This document shows, in pieces, positions 29,163 to 39,900 of a stretch of DNA of 64,000 nucleotides (position 1 is the stretch's first letter; every line of letters begins with the position of its first letter). The position numbers were made by a program, and so were the translations under genes. Origin of the DNA: Candidatus Latescibacterota bacterium (GTDB lineage Bacteria > Latescibacterota > UBA2968); the NCBI GenBank assembly GCA_965204745.1, contig OZ242010.1, forward strand, positions 3,008,001-3,072,000, written 5' to 3'. Under the pieces are notes generated by a model. It was not told where the DNA came from, did no database searches, and saw only the letters and a program-made list of their open reading frames with translations.

Positions 29163-29492
29163 TCATCTCCATGTCTCGATCAAGGTGTGGACGAGGGCGC
29201 GTAATGCACGGCGTTCAGATGGGTTGAAATCGTCTTTCGCGCCTTTGCCGAACACGGTTAAGAGGTAGAGCGGCATCTGCTCGTTGTGGTAGTAGTAGAT
29301 GACCCGCACACCGCCGCGCTTACCTATCCCTGGGCGTGTCCAGCGAAGTTTTCTGATCCCTCCCGTGCCACGCATGATGACGCCTGCCTGGGGATGCGTT
29401 GCCAGATAATTGACCAACTCATGGCACTCATGCGCGGATAGCAACCGATTTGCTCGGCGCAAATATTCAGGTAATTCCACTACAGTATGCAT
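29163..29492 (-). CDS. RelE/HigB-family toxin
   Basis: P.AG....GTGGIRKLRW...G.GKRGG.RVIYYY; toxin-first gene order. Confidence 0.9.
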   Translation of the reverse strand: MHTVVELPEYLRRANRLLSAHECHELVNYLATHPQAGVIMRGTGGIRKLRWTRPGIGKRGGVRVIYYYHNEQMPLYLLTVFGKGAKDDFNPSERRALRALVHTLIETWR

Positions 29493-29626
29493 GAAGGCGA
29501 ACAATCCAATGGTGAATGAATAAATGTTTTATGATACAGCATCGAAAAAATAATGGCAAGAGAGAACTGGATTTCCATTCTCGAACCCGTCCGAAAGAAC
29601 GGGTTGTTCAGATAAGGAGGTGTCCG

Positions 29627-31381
29627 ATGGCTGTGACGACACTCGTGCGCGTTGAAGATATTCCCGAAGATGGGATTGTTGCCGTGAATGTGGACGGGCA
29701 TGCGATTGCGCTGGCAAAGTCGGATGGCGCGATTCGGGCGGTGGATAACCGATGCCCGCACATGGGCTATCCGCTGAGTGAAGGGTCGATTCACAATGGG
29801 TTGATCATCTGCCACTGGCATCACGCGCGGTTCGATTTGGTCAGCGGGTGTACGTTTGATCCGTTTGCCGATGATGTTCGCAGTTATCCGGTGGCGGTGC
29901 AGGATGGCGAGATTTTCGTGGATGTACATGCGACGCATCCGGATCCGGTAGGGCATTGGAAGCGGCGGTTGAGCGAGAGTTTGGAGCAGAATATCAATTT
30001 GGTGATCGCCAAGGCGGTGATCGCGCTGCGGGCGCATCGGGTCGATGGCGATGAGATCGCGGAGATCGGTGCGCGGTATGGCGCGTTGCGGCGGCGTCAG
30101 GGTTGGGGTCCCGCGCTGACCATTTTGACGTGTATGGCGAATGTGGTGCCCAAGTTGGCCCGCGAGGATCAGGTGCTCGCGCTGTACCAAGGGTTGTTGC
30201 ATGTGGCCCGCGAGACCAATAATGCGTCGCCGAGGATCGTTTTTACGCCCTTGCAAACCGAAGACCTCACGATGGCGCGTATCGAGGAATGGTTCCGCTA
30301 TCTCATCGAGGTGCGAAATGCCGATGGCGCAGAGCGCGCGTTGCTCACGGCGATTTCTATGGGCGCGACGCCCGCGGAGATGTGCGATATGATGGTGGCC
30401 GCAGCGACGGATCACTTTTATCGAGACGGCGGGCATGTGCTGGATTTTATCAACAAGGGCTTTGAAATGCTGGATCGCATCGGGTGGGACAAAGCCGACG
30501 AGATTTTGCCCTCGCTCGTGGGGGTGTTGTCGCGGTCGCAGCGCAGCGAAGAGCTCAACCGCTGGCGCAGTCCCATCGATCTGGTGCAGTTGTTGAACGC
30601 CGCTTTTGACGCACTCGAGGATTTGGTTCGAGAGGGCAAGGGAAAGACATGGGACGATGCGGATGCGTTGACGGACATTTTGTTGGGCGATGATCCCCAT
30701 GCGATAGTGGATGGGCTGAAGACCGCATTTGCCGAAGGCGCGACCCTGACGCAGTTGACGCAGACCTTGGCCTATGCCGCTGCGGTGCGGATTGCGCGGT
30801 TTCACACGAAGAATGAGTTTGGCGATTGGATCGCGGTGTTGCACACGCATTCGGCGGCCAATGCCCTGCATCAATGTGCAAAGCGCGCGCCGTCATTGGA
30901 ACTGGCGCGGGGGATTTTCCACGCTGCAATGGCCCTGTACTTCGACCGGTGGTTCAACAAACCGGCGGCGAGATTGCCTCGGGATCAGCGCGCGACCCAA
31001 CAGTTGCCAGAAGACGCGGATGAATTGCTCGATTCTTTTGTTACCTTGCTCGACACCCAAGCGCAGGTCGATGAGGCCGGGCGGATCGCCTATCGGTACT
31101 TGTCTTTGGGCCATCCGCGTGCCGCCCTGTGCGAACGCTTGGGCCATGTGTTGTTGCGAGAAGATGCCGAGTTTCACTCGTTCCAGATGCTCGAGTCCGC
31201 GTTTAGCCAAGCCGAAGAGCTCGATGAAGAACGCGCGCGCATGACGCTGGTGGCCGCGGCGCGCTATCTGGCCGCGCATGCCCCCACGGCCCGCGCTTTG
31301 AAACAGACGGCAAATTTGGCCCTTCGGCTCCACCGCGGCGACGACCTTTCGGCGGAAGATCCAGATGAAGAGATGGGATGA
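29627..31381 (+). CDS. Rieske [2Fe-2S] domain protein with large helical C-terminal region
   Basis: DNRCPHMGYPL...CHWHHARFDL; AAGGAGG RBS. Confidence 0.85.
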   Translation: MAVTTLVRVEDIPEDGIVAVNVDGHAIALAKSDGAIRAVDNRCPHMGYPLSEGSIHNGLIICHWHHARFDLVSGCTFDPFADDVRSYPVAVQDGEIFVDVHATHPDPVGHWKRRLSESLEQNINLVIAKAVIALRAHRVDGDEIAEIGARYGALRRRQGWGPALTILTCMANVVPKLAREDQVLALYQGLLHVARETNNASPRIVFTPLQTEDLTMARIEEWFRYLIEVRNADGAERALLTAISMGATPAEMCDMMVAAATDHFYRDGGHVLDFINKGFEMLDRIGWDKADEILPSLVGVLSRSQRSEELNRWRSPIDLVQLLNAAFDALEDLVREGKGKTWDDADALTDILLGDDPHAIVDGLKTAFAEGATLTQLTQTLAYAAAVRIARFHTKNEFGDWIAVLHTHSAANALHQCAKRAPSLELARGIFHAAMALYFDRWFNKPAARLPRDQRATQQLPEDADELLDSFVTLLDTQAQVDEAGRIAYRYLSLGHPRAALCERLGHVLLREDAEFHSFQMLESAFSQAEELDEERARMTLVAAARYLAAHAPTARALKQTANLALRLHRGDDLSAEDPDEEMG

Positions 31382-31579
31382 GGTAGTGAGACGAGATGGA
31401 AGTTTAGCCACGAGCGGGGTACAACTGGCGACAGCCAGTTCAAAGGCACTTTAGCCACGAAAAGCATGGAAAACACAGCATGAACGGGTTTTAACCCTTT
31501 TTGTGTTTCTGTGCCTTTTGTGGCTATGTACTAAACTGATTCAACGACACGTAGTCCTTAATTATTTGTACGGGAGCCG

Positions 31580-33400
31580 TCATATAATCCCATACAGCGG
31601 CCCGCCCTTTGCGCCGAGGGCATCTACTCTCTTCGCGATCTCGGCATCCTCGACGAGCGGTGGCGCGTGGTGGGGCTTGTGGCGGGCGTCGATCATGAGC
31701 GGCCCGTTACAACCCCAGTGTTTGTGGTCCACAAAGCTACTCACGCCGTAAATATCGTGCGACGGATTGGACCGGGTGAACGTTACCCAAAGAAAATTGT
31801 CGAGGGTGCGCGTGCTAAACGCGCTGTCATCCACAACGAGAATGAGCGGCAAGCCGTCGAGGGATTGCGGCGCGAGCGTCTCGGCGAGGCGTCGCATGTC
31901 ATCGCCGCCCTCTGTGAACGCGGGGCCTTCGACAGCCGCGACGCCAGGCAGGGCAATGGCGGGATTTTTGAAGCCATCGAGCAAGGTGAGATCGGGCGGA
32001 ATCTCGCATGAGAGATCTCGGCGTTTGCGCCCGGCCGCGGCGATCACCACTTTGGAGCCTTCGTTGAACCCAGTGCCCGAATAGTCCAACGTGTCAATCG
32101 TGGTGCGGGTCTGAAAATGCAGGTCGCGCCGCCAATCCACGCGCTCGAGGATGTGGACGAAATAATTTTTGATGTGATGGGTATCGAGATCGGGATTGTC
32201 TTCATAAGCGCAAATAAAGAGGTATTTCGCCAAAGAACACGCGCCAAACCCGAGCAGGGCATTGCCCAGAGTGAGAATTTCCTGCGGTTGCCGCTCCCGA
32301 TAGGGCACATAGCGTTCAGAACCAATGGCGATGAGCAAGGGATGCACGCCCGCGGCATCCACGGCATTGATCGACTTGAGTCCGGGAATCTCAACCGGCA
32401 CCATCGGCCCGGTGATCTCGTGGATGAGCAGGCCAAACGCCGTGTCTTCCTGCGGTGGTCGTCCCACCACTGTGAAGGGATAAACCGCGTCTTTGCGATG
32501 CCAAACACGGTCGACGTGCAGAACCGGAAACTCGTGCGTGAGGCTGTAATAACCCAAGTGGTCCCCAAACGGGCCTTCGGGCTTGGTCTCCCTGGGATGC
32601 ACCGCGCCGGTGATGACAAAATCCGCGTCCGTGGAAATGACGTGGGCCTGCTTGCGCGCATACCGAAACCTGCGCCCGGCCAAGCCCCCGGCAAAAATGA
32701 CCTCGGACAACCCCTCGGGCAAGGGCATCACCGCCGAGAACATGTGCGCGGGCGGGCCGCCGATAAAGACGCTCACGCGCAACGGCTCGCCGCGCTTGAG
32801 GGCATTGGCGTGGTGAATGCCAATATCGCGGCGGATCTGGTAGTGGAGACCGACTTCCGCATTTTGTCTGTACTCATTGCCCGCGAGTTGGATGCGGTAC
32901 ATGCCCAGGTTGCTGTTCATCATCCCCGGCTCGTCCGGGTCTTCGGTATAGACTTGGGGCAAGAGCACATAAGGGCCCCCATCGTCGGGCCAGCATTGAA
33001 TCTGCGGGAGTTGGTCAATGGTCGTCTCGTGGTTGAGCACCGCGCCCGACCGCACTTTTTTGGGCAAGGTGTGAAACGCGATCTTGGCAATGCCCATCCC
33101 TCGCCACGGCGCACGGAGAAACGCCACGGGATCGGCCTTGGCCTCGATGAGGCGTTGCACCCATTTCAGGGTTGCGCGAAAGAGAAAACGCGACCGCTCG
33201 AGCGTGCCAAAGAGATTGGACACCGCCGGGAACGGGCTGTTCTTCACATTGGCGTAGTAAATGGCCGGGCCATGGGCTTGAAAAACGCGCCGATGGATCT
33301 CGGCCATCTCCAAATGGGGATCCACTTCCCGTTCGATGCGGACGAGATACCCATTGCGCTCGAGGTCGTCAACGCACTGTTTAAGGGACTTGTATCTCAT
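31580..33400 (-). CDS. UbiD-family decarboxylase
   Basis: NLGMYR, EGPFGDHLGYYS, TVVGRPPQED, DTLDYS. Confidence 0.92.
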   Translation of the reverse strand: MRYKSLKQCVDDLERNGYLVRIEREVDPHLEMAEIHRRVFQAHGPAIYYANVKNSPFPAVSNLFGTLERSRFLFRATLKWVQRLIEAKADPVAFLRAPWRGMGIAKIAFHTLPKKVRSGAVLNHETTIDQLPQIQCWPDDGGPYVLLPQVYTEDPDEPGMMNSNLGMYRIQLAGNEYRQNAEVGLHYQIRRDIGIHHANALKRGEPLRVSVFIGGPPAHMFSAVMPLPEGLSEVIFAGGLAGRRFRYARKQAHVISTDADFVITGAVHPRETKPEGPFGDHLGYYSLTHEFPVLHVDRVWHRKDAVYPFTVVGRPPQEDTAFGLLIHEITGPMVPVEIPGLKSINAVDAAGVHPLLIAIGSERYVPYRERQPQEILTLGNALLGFGACSLAKYLFICAYEDNPDLDTHHIKNYFVHILERVDWRRDLHFQTRTTIDTLDYSGTGFNEGSKVVIAAAGRKRRDLSCEIPPDLTLLDGFKNPAIALPGVAAVEGPAFTEGGDDMRRLAETLAPQSLDGLPLILVVDDSAFSTRTLDNFLWVTFTRSNPSHDIYGVSSFVDHKHWGCNGPLMIDARHKPHHAPPLVEDAEIAKRVDALGAKGGPLYGII

Positions 33401-33438
33401 AGAAGCAACCCCAGGCATGTCCCGGCAGGTGTAAGCCG

Positions 33439-33474
33439 GGATGAACACGGATGAACACGGATGAACGCGGATGA
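33439..33474. repeat. 10-mer tandem repeat (GGATGAACAC)n
   Basis: About 3.5 copies between ubiD and acuI. Confidence 0.8.
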
Positions 33475-33549
33475 GAAGTAGGTGAGGGCGTGGCCCGGTT
33501 AGCCACATGCAAGCACGACGTCAGCAATTCATTCACGGAGGAACACACC

Positions 33550-34539
33550 ATGACGTCATATCGCGCACTGGTCGTACGCGAGGCAAACGGGCAATACTCG
33601 CGGGCAGTGGAAGAACGACGGATCGAGGAATTGCCCGAAGGCGAGGTTTTGATTCGGGTGAGATATTCCTCGCTCAATTACAAAGACGCGCTCTCGGCAA
33701 CCGGGCATCGCGGCGTGACCCGCTCCTTTCCGCACATCCCGGGCATCGATGCGGTGGGCGAAGTGGTCGAAAGTGCGGTCGCTGATTTCGCGCCTGGGGA
33801 CAGGGTCTTGGTCACGGGCTACGATCTGGGCATGAACATCCCGGGCGGATTTGGACAATTCATCCGCGTACCCGCGCATTGGCTAGTCGCGCTTCCGGTA
33901 GGTATGACGATGAAAGAGAGCATGGGATATGGCACAGCCGGATTGACCGCGGCCCTGTGCGTCCATCACCTCATCGAAGCGGGCGCGACACCAGAGGGCG
34001 GCGACGTCGTGGTCACGGGCGCGACCGGCGGCGTGGGCAGTTTGTCCATAGCGATATTGGCAAGAGGTGGTTTTCGAGTCGTGGCGGCCACGGGCAAGGT
34101 CGCGGAGGCCGATTTTCTGAAACGCCTCGGCGCGTCTGCCATCATTGATCGGCGCGAATTGGACGCCCCGTCAGGACAGCCCATCTCGTCTGCACGCTGG
34201 GCCGCGGGCATAGATACCGTCGGCGGGAACATCTTGTCAACCCTCATCAAAACAACGCACTACCGCGGCGCGATAACATGTTGCGGTTTGGTCGCATCGC
34301 CGGAATTGAACACCACCGTCTTTCCATTTATTCTGCGCGGCATCAAACTGATCGGCATCGACTCGGTGTTGTGCCCCATGGACTTGCGGGTAAATCTGTG
34401 GCAGCGACTCGCAACGGATTGGAAAATCAACGCGCTGAACGATCTGACGACCGAGTGCGAATTACAAGACCTCGATGGGCAAATAGACCGCATCCTAGCC
34501 GGGCAAATGCGCGGGCGAGTTGTGGTCAATTTGGGGTGA
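33550..34539 (+). CDS. acuI: YhdH/AcuI-family NADPH oxidoreductase (acryloyl-CoA reductase-like)
   Basis: YSSLNYKDAL, GTAGLTA, VTGATGGVGS, TVFPFILRG. Confidence 0.9.
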   Translation: MTSYRALVVREANGQYSRAVEERRIEELPEGEVLIRVRYSSLNYKDALSATGHRGVTRSFPHIPGIDAVGEVVESAVADFAPGDRVLVTGYDLGMNIPGGFGQFIRVPAHWLVALPVGMTMKESMGYGTAGLTAALCVHHLIEAGATPEGGDVVVTGATGGVGSLSIAILARGGFRVVAATGKVAEADFLKRLGASAIIDRRELDAPSGQPISSARWAAGIDTVGGNILSTLIKTTHYRGAITCCGLVASPELNTTVFPFILRGIKLIGIDSVLCPMDLRVNLWQRLATDWKINALNDLTTECELQDLDGQIDRILAGQMRGRVVVNLG

Positions 34540-34843
34540 GCGGTCAGTGGTCAGTTGCCACCCCGCCTAACCCCTTCGGTGAGATGGGAGAGGTGAGAGG
34601 TGAGGCAACCCCGACACCGCCCAAGCGGTCAGTGGTCAGTGGTCAGTGGTCAGTGGTCAGTGGTCAGTTGCCCCGCTCGTTCCGCTCTGCCGCCCGTGCG
34701 TCCCCGTCCCGACACCGCCCCGCCCTGTGCGTGCCCTACCCAGCCACCCAACCGCCCGTGCGTGCCTCACCTCGCCACCTCGCCACCCGTGCGTGCCCGT
34801 CCCGTCCCCTGCCCCGCTCGTGGCTAAACTCTCATCTCACCTC
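34540..34843. repeat. (TCAGTGG)n tract with degenerate CCCGTGCGTGCCC repeats
   Basis: About six heptamers at 34627-34668; four CCxGTGCGT motifs; CCCCGCTCGTGGCTAAACT shared (reverse) with 31400-31420. Confidence 0.85.
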
Positions 34844-35886
34844 AACCACTCGTCTAAATGCCGCGCCACAAACGCATCGTCATTCAAATGCGGATAAGCC
34901 GCATGCACGCGGTCGATCTCCTCGGCTTGCCCGCGCGACAGGCCCTCATTGGGATTCAGGCACCAGATCCCCTCGAGAAGCCCCTGCCTTCGCAACACCT
35001 CGTGAACGCCCGCAATACATCCCGCAAAGGCATTGGGCGCGTCAAAAAACGCCGCATTGCAATCCGTCACCTCAACCGCTCGCGTGAGCATTTCCCGGGG
35101 CACATTTCCGGATAGGGCAATTTTCTGGCAGGCGCGCAACATCTCCACCGCCTTCTTTGTCCACGCGGCCCAATGCCCCAAAAGCCCGCCCACGATCCGC
35201 ACCTCTACAACCGCGCCTTCATGCACAAGCCGATGAGTCGTCAACAGATCCATCACGATATTGTCGTCATTGCCCGTGTACAGCGCGATGTGTTCTGCGC
35301 GTCCCGACGCCACGACCCCGCGAATCACCTCCAGCGTTTGATACCGGTTAAACGGCGCGATCTTAATGCCCACCACCGCCTCAATCTCGGCAAAACGCCG
35401 CCAAAACGCAAACGGCAAAACGCACCCGCCCACGGCCGGTTGCAGATAAAAACCCATTATCGGCATCACCTCGGCAATCGCTTTACAGTGCGCGATCATC
35501 GCATCGACAGACGCGCCGGCAAAAGCGCGCAAACTCACCAATCCGATCTGATACCCGCAATCGCACGCGGTCTCCGCCTCTGACACGGCCTGCCGCGTAT
35601 GGCCCACGATGCCCGCCACCCGAATAAAATCAGCCGATGCTTCGGCATCCATCACATTCGCGGTCAGTTCCAAAACAGGGCGGTACAAATCCCACTGGGG
35701 ATCGCGGATCTCAAACTGCGTGGTATGCACGCCCACGGCCAACCCACCCGCGCCCGCAGCGATATAATAGCGCGACAGCGCTCGTTGCCGCCGCTCGTCC
35801 AATTTTCGCTCCGCGGTCAATGCCAGCGGATGCGCGGGGATCACCTGCCCTTTTTTAAGTGCCCTTGCCACATCTCTCGATGCCAT
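34837..35886 (-). CDS. Dihydrodipicolinate synthase-family protein
   Basis: VIPAHPLAL, AVGVHTTQF, FYLQPAVGG, IKIAPF, YTGNDD. Confidence 0.88.
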   Translation of the reverse strand: MASRDVARALKKGQVIPAHPLALTAERKLDERRQRALSRYYIAAGAGGLAVGVHTTQFEIRDPQWDLYRPVLELTANVMDAEASADFIRVAGIVGHTRQAVSEAETACDCGYQIGLVSLRAFAGASVDAMIAHCKAIAEVMPIMGFYLQPAVGGCVLPFAFWRRFAEIEAVVGIKIAPFNRYQTLEVIRGVVASGRAEHIALYTGNDDNIVMDLLTTHRLVHEGAVVEVRIVGGLLGHWAAWTKKAVEMLRACQKIALSGNVPREMLTRAVEVTDCNAAFFDAPNAFAGCIAGVHEVLRRQGLLEGIWCLNPNEGLSRGQAEEIDRVHAAYPHLNDDAFVARHLDEWLR

Positions 35887-35908
35887 CTGCCTCTCCTCCA
35901 AACTCTCG

Positions 35909-36514
35909 CTACCGGTTCGACATCCTCGCCACCTCGGCGCGATAATCCGCCGGCGTATCCAAATCCCTCAAAATCCCCTCGTCATCGACCGGCACCTCCA
36001 GCGTATCCTCTGGGTACCCGCGCACGACCGGCTTGAGGCCCTGATCCCCTGAAAGGCTCAGAATCTCGCGCTGATAACGCGACAAATTTATCAGCACCGG
36101 GTGCCCGCGCTTTCCCCCGGACACGGGAATCACAATGCCCTTATCGCCTTCCCGGTACGCCCTCAGCACGGCCCGAACCGCGTTCAGTGCGATCTGCGGC
36201 TGGTCACCAAGTGCAATCAGCGCGGCATCTGCATTGGCAGGCAAACCGCGCAACCCGCAAAGCACGCTGGAAAACATCCCCTCGGGGTACGCCTCATTCA
36301 CGCAAAATCGCACGGGCCTCTCGCGCAGACTCTCGCGCACGGCCTCTGCATCGTGCCCCAAAACCACCGCAACGCCAGCGAGCCTTGCCCCCAACAGCGT
36401 ATCGACCACGGCTTGCAACACCGTCTTATCGCCAAAGGGCAACAACTGTTTGGTCGCCCCCATGCGGCGCGCCATACCCGCTGCCAGCACCAACCCGTAA
36501 ATTTGATCGCCCAT
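35909..36514 (-). CDS. MocA-like nucleotidyltransferase (molybdenum cofactor cytidylyltransferase family)
   Basis: LAAGMARRMGATKQLL, LGDQP, GHPV, GD.G, DLDTP.DY. Confidence 0.88.
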   Translation of the reverse strand: MGDQIYGLVLAAGMARRMGATKQLLPFGDKTVLQAVVDTLLGARLAGVAVVLGHDAEAVRESLRERPVRFCVNEAYPEGMFSSVLCGLRGLPANADAALIALGDQPQIALNAVRAVLRAYREGDKGIVIPVSGGKRGHPVLINLSRYQREILSLSGDQGLKPVVRGYPEDTLEVPVDDEGILRDLDTPADYRAEVARMSNR

Positions 36515-36660
36515 GGTTCGTATCTTTTCCAAAACGCGAGAAAACAACAATTTATTAAAATACCTTGACTTTTTTTGCACAGGCATTAAATTTTCGGGGG
36601 TCACGAGCAAACGGGATGTGGGCATCTCGCCCACGCCGTACAGACGCGGAGGTGACGACA

Positions 36661-36897
36661 GTGATTTGCGAACAGTGTGGCAAAGTTCCCGCAACCAAGG
36701 CACAAACGCATATCGAAAACAGCATCAAGCGCGTGCGCTATCGCTGTGATACCTGTGCGGCCCTCTCCTCTGCCCCCAAATTAGACCGTCCGTGCGCGCA
36801 GTGCAAACAGCGCGAAGGCGAGATCAAACTCATCCGCCTGCGGCCGCATGGTCGCGTGGTGACGTATCTATGTCCAGCGTGTGCTGGCGTCTCGTGA
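36661..36897 (+). CDS. Small protein with two McsA-N-like zinc modules (four CxxC)
   Basis: GGAGGTGA RBS and GTG start; CEQC...CDTCA and CAQC...CPACA; TTGACT-16-TAAATT upstream. Confidence 0.7.
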   Translation: MICEQCGKVPATKAQTHIENSIKRVRYRCDTCAALSSAPKLDRPCAQCKQREGEIKLIRLRPHGRVVTYLCPACAGVS

Positions 36898-36941
36898 ACG
36901 CTCCTGCCACTCCTCACCGCAAGTCTCATTCCCCTAACTCT

Positions 36942-39900
36942 ATGAACTCCAACAATTTTATCGACCCGCCCGTTGCTGATCGGCCCGTGCCATTTTGGAT
37001 CTGGAACGGCACTATCGAAGAAAACGAAATCGTTCGCCAAATCCGCGAAATGGCCGACAAGGGGCTTGGCGGTTTTTGTCTGACAACCGGCCCCGGCCTG
37101 CGAACCCCCTACTTGTCCCAAATGTGGTTTGACCGCGTGCAACTGGCGATTGAAACCGCAAAAGAATGCGGCCTCCACGTCTGGATCCACGACGAATATC
37201 GCCATCCCGGCGGCATGGGGGCAACGCAAGTCACCTTGAACCATCCCCAATTCATCGCACGCCAACTCACCTTCCGCGAAACCACTGTGCAAGGCGGGCA
37301 ACTCGTCGATCTCGTCTTGCCTTGGGCGCCCGTGTTGCAAGCCCTTGCCGTTCCCGTGCGCCGAGACCGCTACCTGTGGCTGGAAAAACAAGACCTCAGC
37401 GCGTACTTGGGCGTCAATCACCAAGGCCACGCCTTGCGCGACAACGATTCCGTGCCCGCCTATCATCCCCATACCTACATATCTTTTCACCCCACCCGCC
37501 GCCTGTATTGGAAAGCCCCGACCGGGCGCTGGCGCGTGATCGTCTTTTTGCAAGAACCATCGGCAACCCCGGCGCATCCGGGCTTACACCTCGACCGGTT
37601 CAACCCAGAGTCCGTCCGAGCCATGCATCAGGCCATTCAACAACCCTATCTCGACCGATTTTCCGATCATCAAAGCAAAACCCTACAAGGCATCCTAACC
37701 TCGGAAACGCGCTTTTCCCACGACCGCCTACCGTGGTCGTCCATCTTGCCCTCCTACTTCAAATCGCGCAATGGGTACGATCTCCTCGCGTGCTTGCCCG
37801 CCCTCATCACCTATTTTGGCCTCAACACGAGCCGCATTCGCTACGATTATTTTCAAACCCTGAGCGAATTGCAACACCGGCACAACAACGCGCGCTGTGC
37901 GGACTGGTGCAAAGAACACGCCCTCCAGTACGCGAGCAATACGACCCCACTCCGCAATGCCCACCGCAGTTCAATCCCCATACCGGGCACGAGCAGCGGG
38001 CACGAGAAAATCGACAGTGACCGCGCCATCTCCTATCGCCACAGCGCGGGATTTGCCACCGCACTAAGCGCGCAAACCACTGTGGGACGCACCCTCGACA
38101 CCGGTTTTCAAAACGCGGGCTGGGGCCTCACCCTGCGAGATATGAAAGTACAACTCGATGCCCTCGGCGTGCAGGGAACCAATTTCTTCGTCCCCCACGC
38201 CTTTTGCTACACCCTCGACGGCTTGCGAAAACACGCCACCCCGCCATCCCTATTCCATCAAAATCCCTACTGGAAACACTTCCGCCTCTTGTCTGACTAC
38301 GCGGCCCGGCTCGCCCATCTCTTGAGCCAAGGCCAGCAAGTCGCCGACATCGCGCTCCTCGACCCGGTCACCAGCCTGTGGACGCATCTCGCGCATCCCT
38401 ATCACAACTGGTCCTATGTCGGCTACGACCCGGATGAAGAAACCCTGGCCCAAAACCTCGTTGCGGACTGGGCCTGCATCACCCGCGCCCTGCATCACAT
38501 GCAACGCCCATTTCACAGCCTCGACCCGGCCTTCCTCGCCCGAGCAAACATCGTCGACCGCCAACTGCAAGTCGGCAAAGCGCGCTACGCGGTTCTGGTC
38601 ATTCCCCCCATCACCAATTTGGAACGCGCAGCTTTTGAGAAACTACGCACATTTATCCAAACGGGCGGGCTCGTCATCGCGCTGGGGTTATTGCCCGTCG
38701 AGGATATTCAAGAGGGGGCATCGGTGGTGGAGGGATTTTCCCGGTTGACCGACATGGAACCGAACCGCATGATCCGCGATTATACCGGGCACGAATCCGG
38801 CGTCCACCTCTTGCGCCGCGACAACTTCCAATTTATCCGCACGGGGGGCACCATCGTAGAAAATGAGGCGACCACCATGCTCGAACGCCTGCTCGACGAA
38901 ATCCTACCGCGTCGCGTCCACCTCTTATCGGACGGAAAAAACGCAGACCCCATCCAATATCACCACCGCGCCGATGAAAAGCACCAGCTCTTCTTTTTCG
39001 TCAACACGGAAAACGCGCCCATCACAACGCAACTCAACATCCCCGCCTCGGGGCAAATCGAGCGATGGGACTTGGAAACCGGCGACCGCGCGCCCCTCGC
39101 AGCCGAATCCACCGGGGAAATGAGCCGTTTCAGCCTGCACTTTGATCGCCTGCAATCGCACATGATCGTCACCGATCAACCGCAACGAGAAGCACGGCCC
39201 CAAGCTCCTGCGCCAGAACTGTTCAAACTCGACTTACGCGGTCAGTGGAAAATCGATTTAGAAGAAGACAACGCCCTGCGCTTGGACAAATTCAAAATTC
39301 GTCCCGATCCCGAAAACAAGGGCATAGATCGCGGCTGGCATCAACCGACCTACTCCGACAGCTGGTGGGCTAAAACGCGCCCCCGACCTTTTGAGAATCC
39401 CGCGGAAAAAACCGCGTATTGGTACCGAACCAACTTTATCGCCGACATCATCCCCAGCAAATTGTCTTTGGTCATGGACCGCAGCGCGATTCAGGGCACC
39501 TATCAGATTTACCTCAACGGATTCCAACTGCCGGACAATGCGTTCCGCCCCACCTTCCGCTACGATCACGCCAACGCGACCTGCACTCTCGTTCAGCGCA
39601 TCGCCAAAGGCAAAAATGTGATCGCCATTCGCTTGGAGGCCGCCCGCCCGGGCGATGGCCTCGTCGATGCCCTGTACCTCTTCGGGCGTTTTCAAGTCAA
39701 ATCCTGGCGCGGGGTCTATCGCAGGCTCGCCCTCCCACGAGAAACCGGCCCCCTCTTCGACTTCAACGCCTCAGGGCTTCCCTTCTTCGCCGGCACTGTG
39801 GCATACAGCCAAGACATCGTGCTATCAACCCTGCCCCAAACCGAGCATTTTGAAATCGACCTCGACCACATGATGGAAAAACGGGCCGATGCTGTGGAAA

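Noticed and set aside
28866-29492. Toxin-first TA pair as unusual
   Set aside because: This is the standard HigBA-type arrangement.
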